Positions 61,912-64,000 of a DNA stretch of 64,000 nt are shown one piece after another. Origin of the DNA: Octopus sinensis (lineage: Eukaryota); assembly GCF_006345805.1 (NCBI RefSeq), contig NC_043004.1, forward strand, positions 90,954,001 to 91,018,000, written 5' to 3'. The notes below the pieces were generated by a model. That model did no database searches and was not told the DNA's origin. It saw only the letters and a program-made list of their open reading frames with translations. The position numbers and the translations under genes were made by a program. The stretch's first letter is position 1. Each line of letters opens with the position of its first letter.

Positions 61912-63159
61912 TCAAGTTATTAAGAATGAAATGTCCGATTTTCTTATGCACCAAGTTTGACAGTCTAATGTTTTATCCTGACAATTCTTTGTTTTATAAC
62001 ATTGAAGAGTTACACCAACACTTTTCGAAATGCAATTCATGGTGTCTGATTGTATTGCGAGTTTTCTCATGTAAATCAATTTTTGTGAATCCATAGATAG
62101 ATGAAAAATTCGTGTTGTTTGTGAATATGAATTCAGTCAGGGAACCAATGCATCCCAGACAGTTCGAAACATCAATGAGGTATTTGGTAAAGATGTGGTG
62201 AATGAGAGCACTGTACGTTGATGGTTTGAGAAGTTCCAGTCTGGCGACTTTACTCTTGGAAATCAGCCCCGTGGTAGACCTGAGACCAAGATGGATAATG
62301 ATGAGCTGGAAAATGTAGTAGTAGATACATCTCAAATTATGTGTGAGTTAGCAGCAAGGTTTGATGTTGCAATTTCAGCTGTCTAGGACCATCTGAAACA
62401 AATCGGCATGGTAAAGAAGCTGGACAAGTGGGTACCACATGAACTGAACTAGCGTCAAATGACATGTCATCTTGAAACTTGCTGTTCTTTGCTATCACAG
62501 CATAAAAGCAAACTGTTTTTGCATCATCTTATGTGTGATGAAAAATGGATTCTTTTTAACAATAGCAAGCATGCGGCACAGTGGTTGGATAGAGACAAAG
62601 TGCCAAAATACAATCCAAAAAAGAATATTCACCATAAAAAGCTAATGGTGTCTGTTTGGTGGTCCAGCACTTGTGTCATCCACTTCAGCTTCATGAGATT
62701 TGGTCAATTCCAGTGGATGTATACATCAATCAGTTGGATGAAATGATGAGTGAACTTGCAATTAAACAATGAAGACTGGTCAATAGAGACAGGCCAATGC
62801 TTGACCACGTTGCACTAAGAATGCTCCTCAAGTTACAGGGACTGAACTTGGAAGTACTGTGTCATCCACCATATTCACCAGACCTTGCACCAACTGACTA
62901 TCACGTTTTCCAGGCATTAGGCAACGTTTTGCAAGGTAAAAATCTCCAAATTTGAAGAAGATGCAAAAAGAGCCTTTTGTGATTTCATCCCTTCTTGCTC
63001 TCCAGAATTCTTCACTGCTGGCATAAATAAGCTACTGATTAATGGCAAAAATGTGTTGATAATTTAGGTGCATACTTTGATTAACTGCATTGCCTTTTGT
63101 TGGGATAAAGTAAAATAACTTTCAGTTCAAAATTAGACATTTCGTTCTTAATGATCTGA
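61912..63159 (+). mobile_element. Near full-length decayed mariner (intronic)
   Basis: TIRs tcaagttattaagaatgaaatgtccgatt / aattagacatttcgttcttaatgatctga with TA flanks. WFEKFQSGDF...KWVPHEL...CDEKWILF...HPPYSPDLAPTDYH. Confidence 0.92.
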
Positions 63160-63513
63160 TATATGTAATTTAATTCATCCTTAGTCAAAAGACACCTATT
63201 GTTATGTCCTGTTATTTGCATTTGTGTAACATTCTCCATCATTTTTTCCCGTCCTTGTTTTTGTATATATTCGCTGCTTTCTTCCAAGGAATCTAATGCT
63301 CTTAGCTTAGTTTTTCCTTGGGGCTGGCCAGATTGGAGCAATCTTGAGTATAACCAGCTGAAATTGCAAAGATAATCTGGAACTCAACTGAGGAAAGAAA
63401 ACTCCGAATGACCCATTCTTGTTTTCTTAGCATCGTCTATCTTGATGTTTTGTTGTCATTTTTTTGTATCACCTAACTGTCTGGATGTTTTGCATTCTTG
63501 TCCCATTTTGTAT

Positions 63514-64000
63514 AGGGACCAGCTATCCGAGTTGACAGCACCTTTGTAGATAAAGCAATTAAGAATATGAATACAGAGAAAGCCCCCATCCCATTAGGAA
63601 TCACTGCAGAGATGCTCAAAATATCTGGCAGTGTCAGCTATAGCCTAGTCACCTGTATAGTTAACCAGGTGATACACAAAGGAGTCATTCCCAATGGCTG
63701 GTGTAGCAGCACTGTAGTCAACTGCTACAAAGGTAAAGGTGACGCTTTAGATACAAATAATTACAGAGGTATAAAGTTGTTGGATCAGGTAATGAAGGTC
63801 ACGGAGAGGGTCATAGCCCAACTAATTAGGGAGAGAGTTTAGATGAGATGCAGTTTGGGTTCATGCCAGAGAAAAGCACCACTGATGCTATATTTCTGGT
63901 AAGACAGCTGCAGGAGAAATACCTAGCCAAAGATAAACCTCTGTACCTGGCTTTTATTGACATGGAGAAAGCCTTTGACAAGGTCTCCCGATCCCTTATC
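63514..64000 (+). mobile_element. RTE-clade LINE reverse transcriptase fragment (runs off the window)
   Basis: GITAEMLK...YKGKGDALD.NNYRGIKLLDQVMK...QFGFMP.KSTTDAIF.VRQLQEKY...AFIDMEKAFDKV. Confidence 0.9.

Overview
AT-rich eukaryotic DNA dominated by repeats. The SINE families and the dense (TA)n/(ATG)n/(AAT)n microsatellites are those I associate with Octopus (coleoid cephalopod); this is inference from recognition, not a database search. The only host coding sequence I can support is a ~1.48-kb terminal exon of a hillarin/KY-like gene on the minus strand (61147 to 59672). It is split by a 1-nt frameshift at ~60184. The rest is a mosaic of nested transposon relics: four mariner copies, a DD37D (maT) element, a DD36E Tc1-like element, a Tigger/pogo fragment, a hAT-like transposase relic, MITEs, a Helentron-type element, two LTR-like solo elements, CR1, RTE, Dong/R4, Tx1 and Penelope retroelements, and at least four SINE families. 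The most unusual structures are four. (1) A ~1.85-kb ancient foldback element whose long inverted arms are built of ~38-bp tandem subunits (37300-39140). (2) An RTE LINE with twin-priming 5' inversion geometry (28670-29875). (3) A tail-to-tail Dong/R4 fold-back duplication with microhomology deletions (6826-7674). (4) A near-perfect inverted repeat just downstream of the hillarin-like stop codon. I found no rRNA, true tRNA or CRISPR array. Most ORFs in the supplied track are microsatellite or antisense-TE artefacts.
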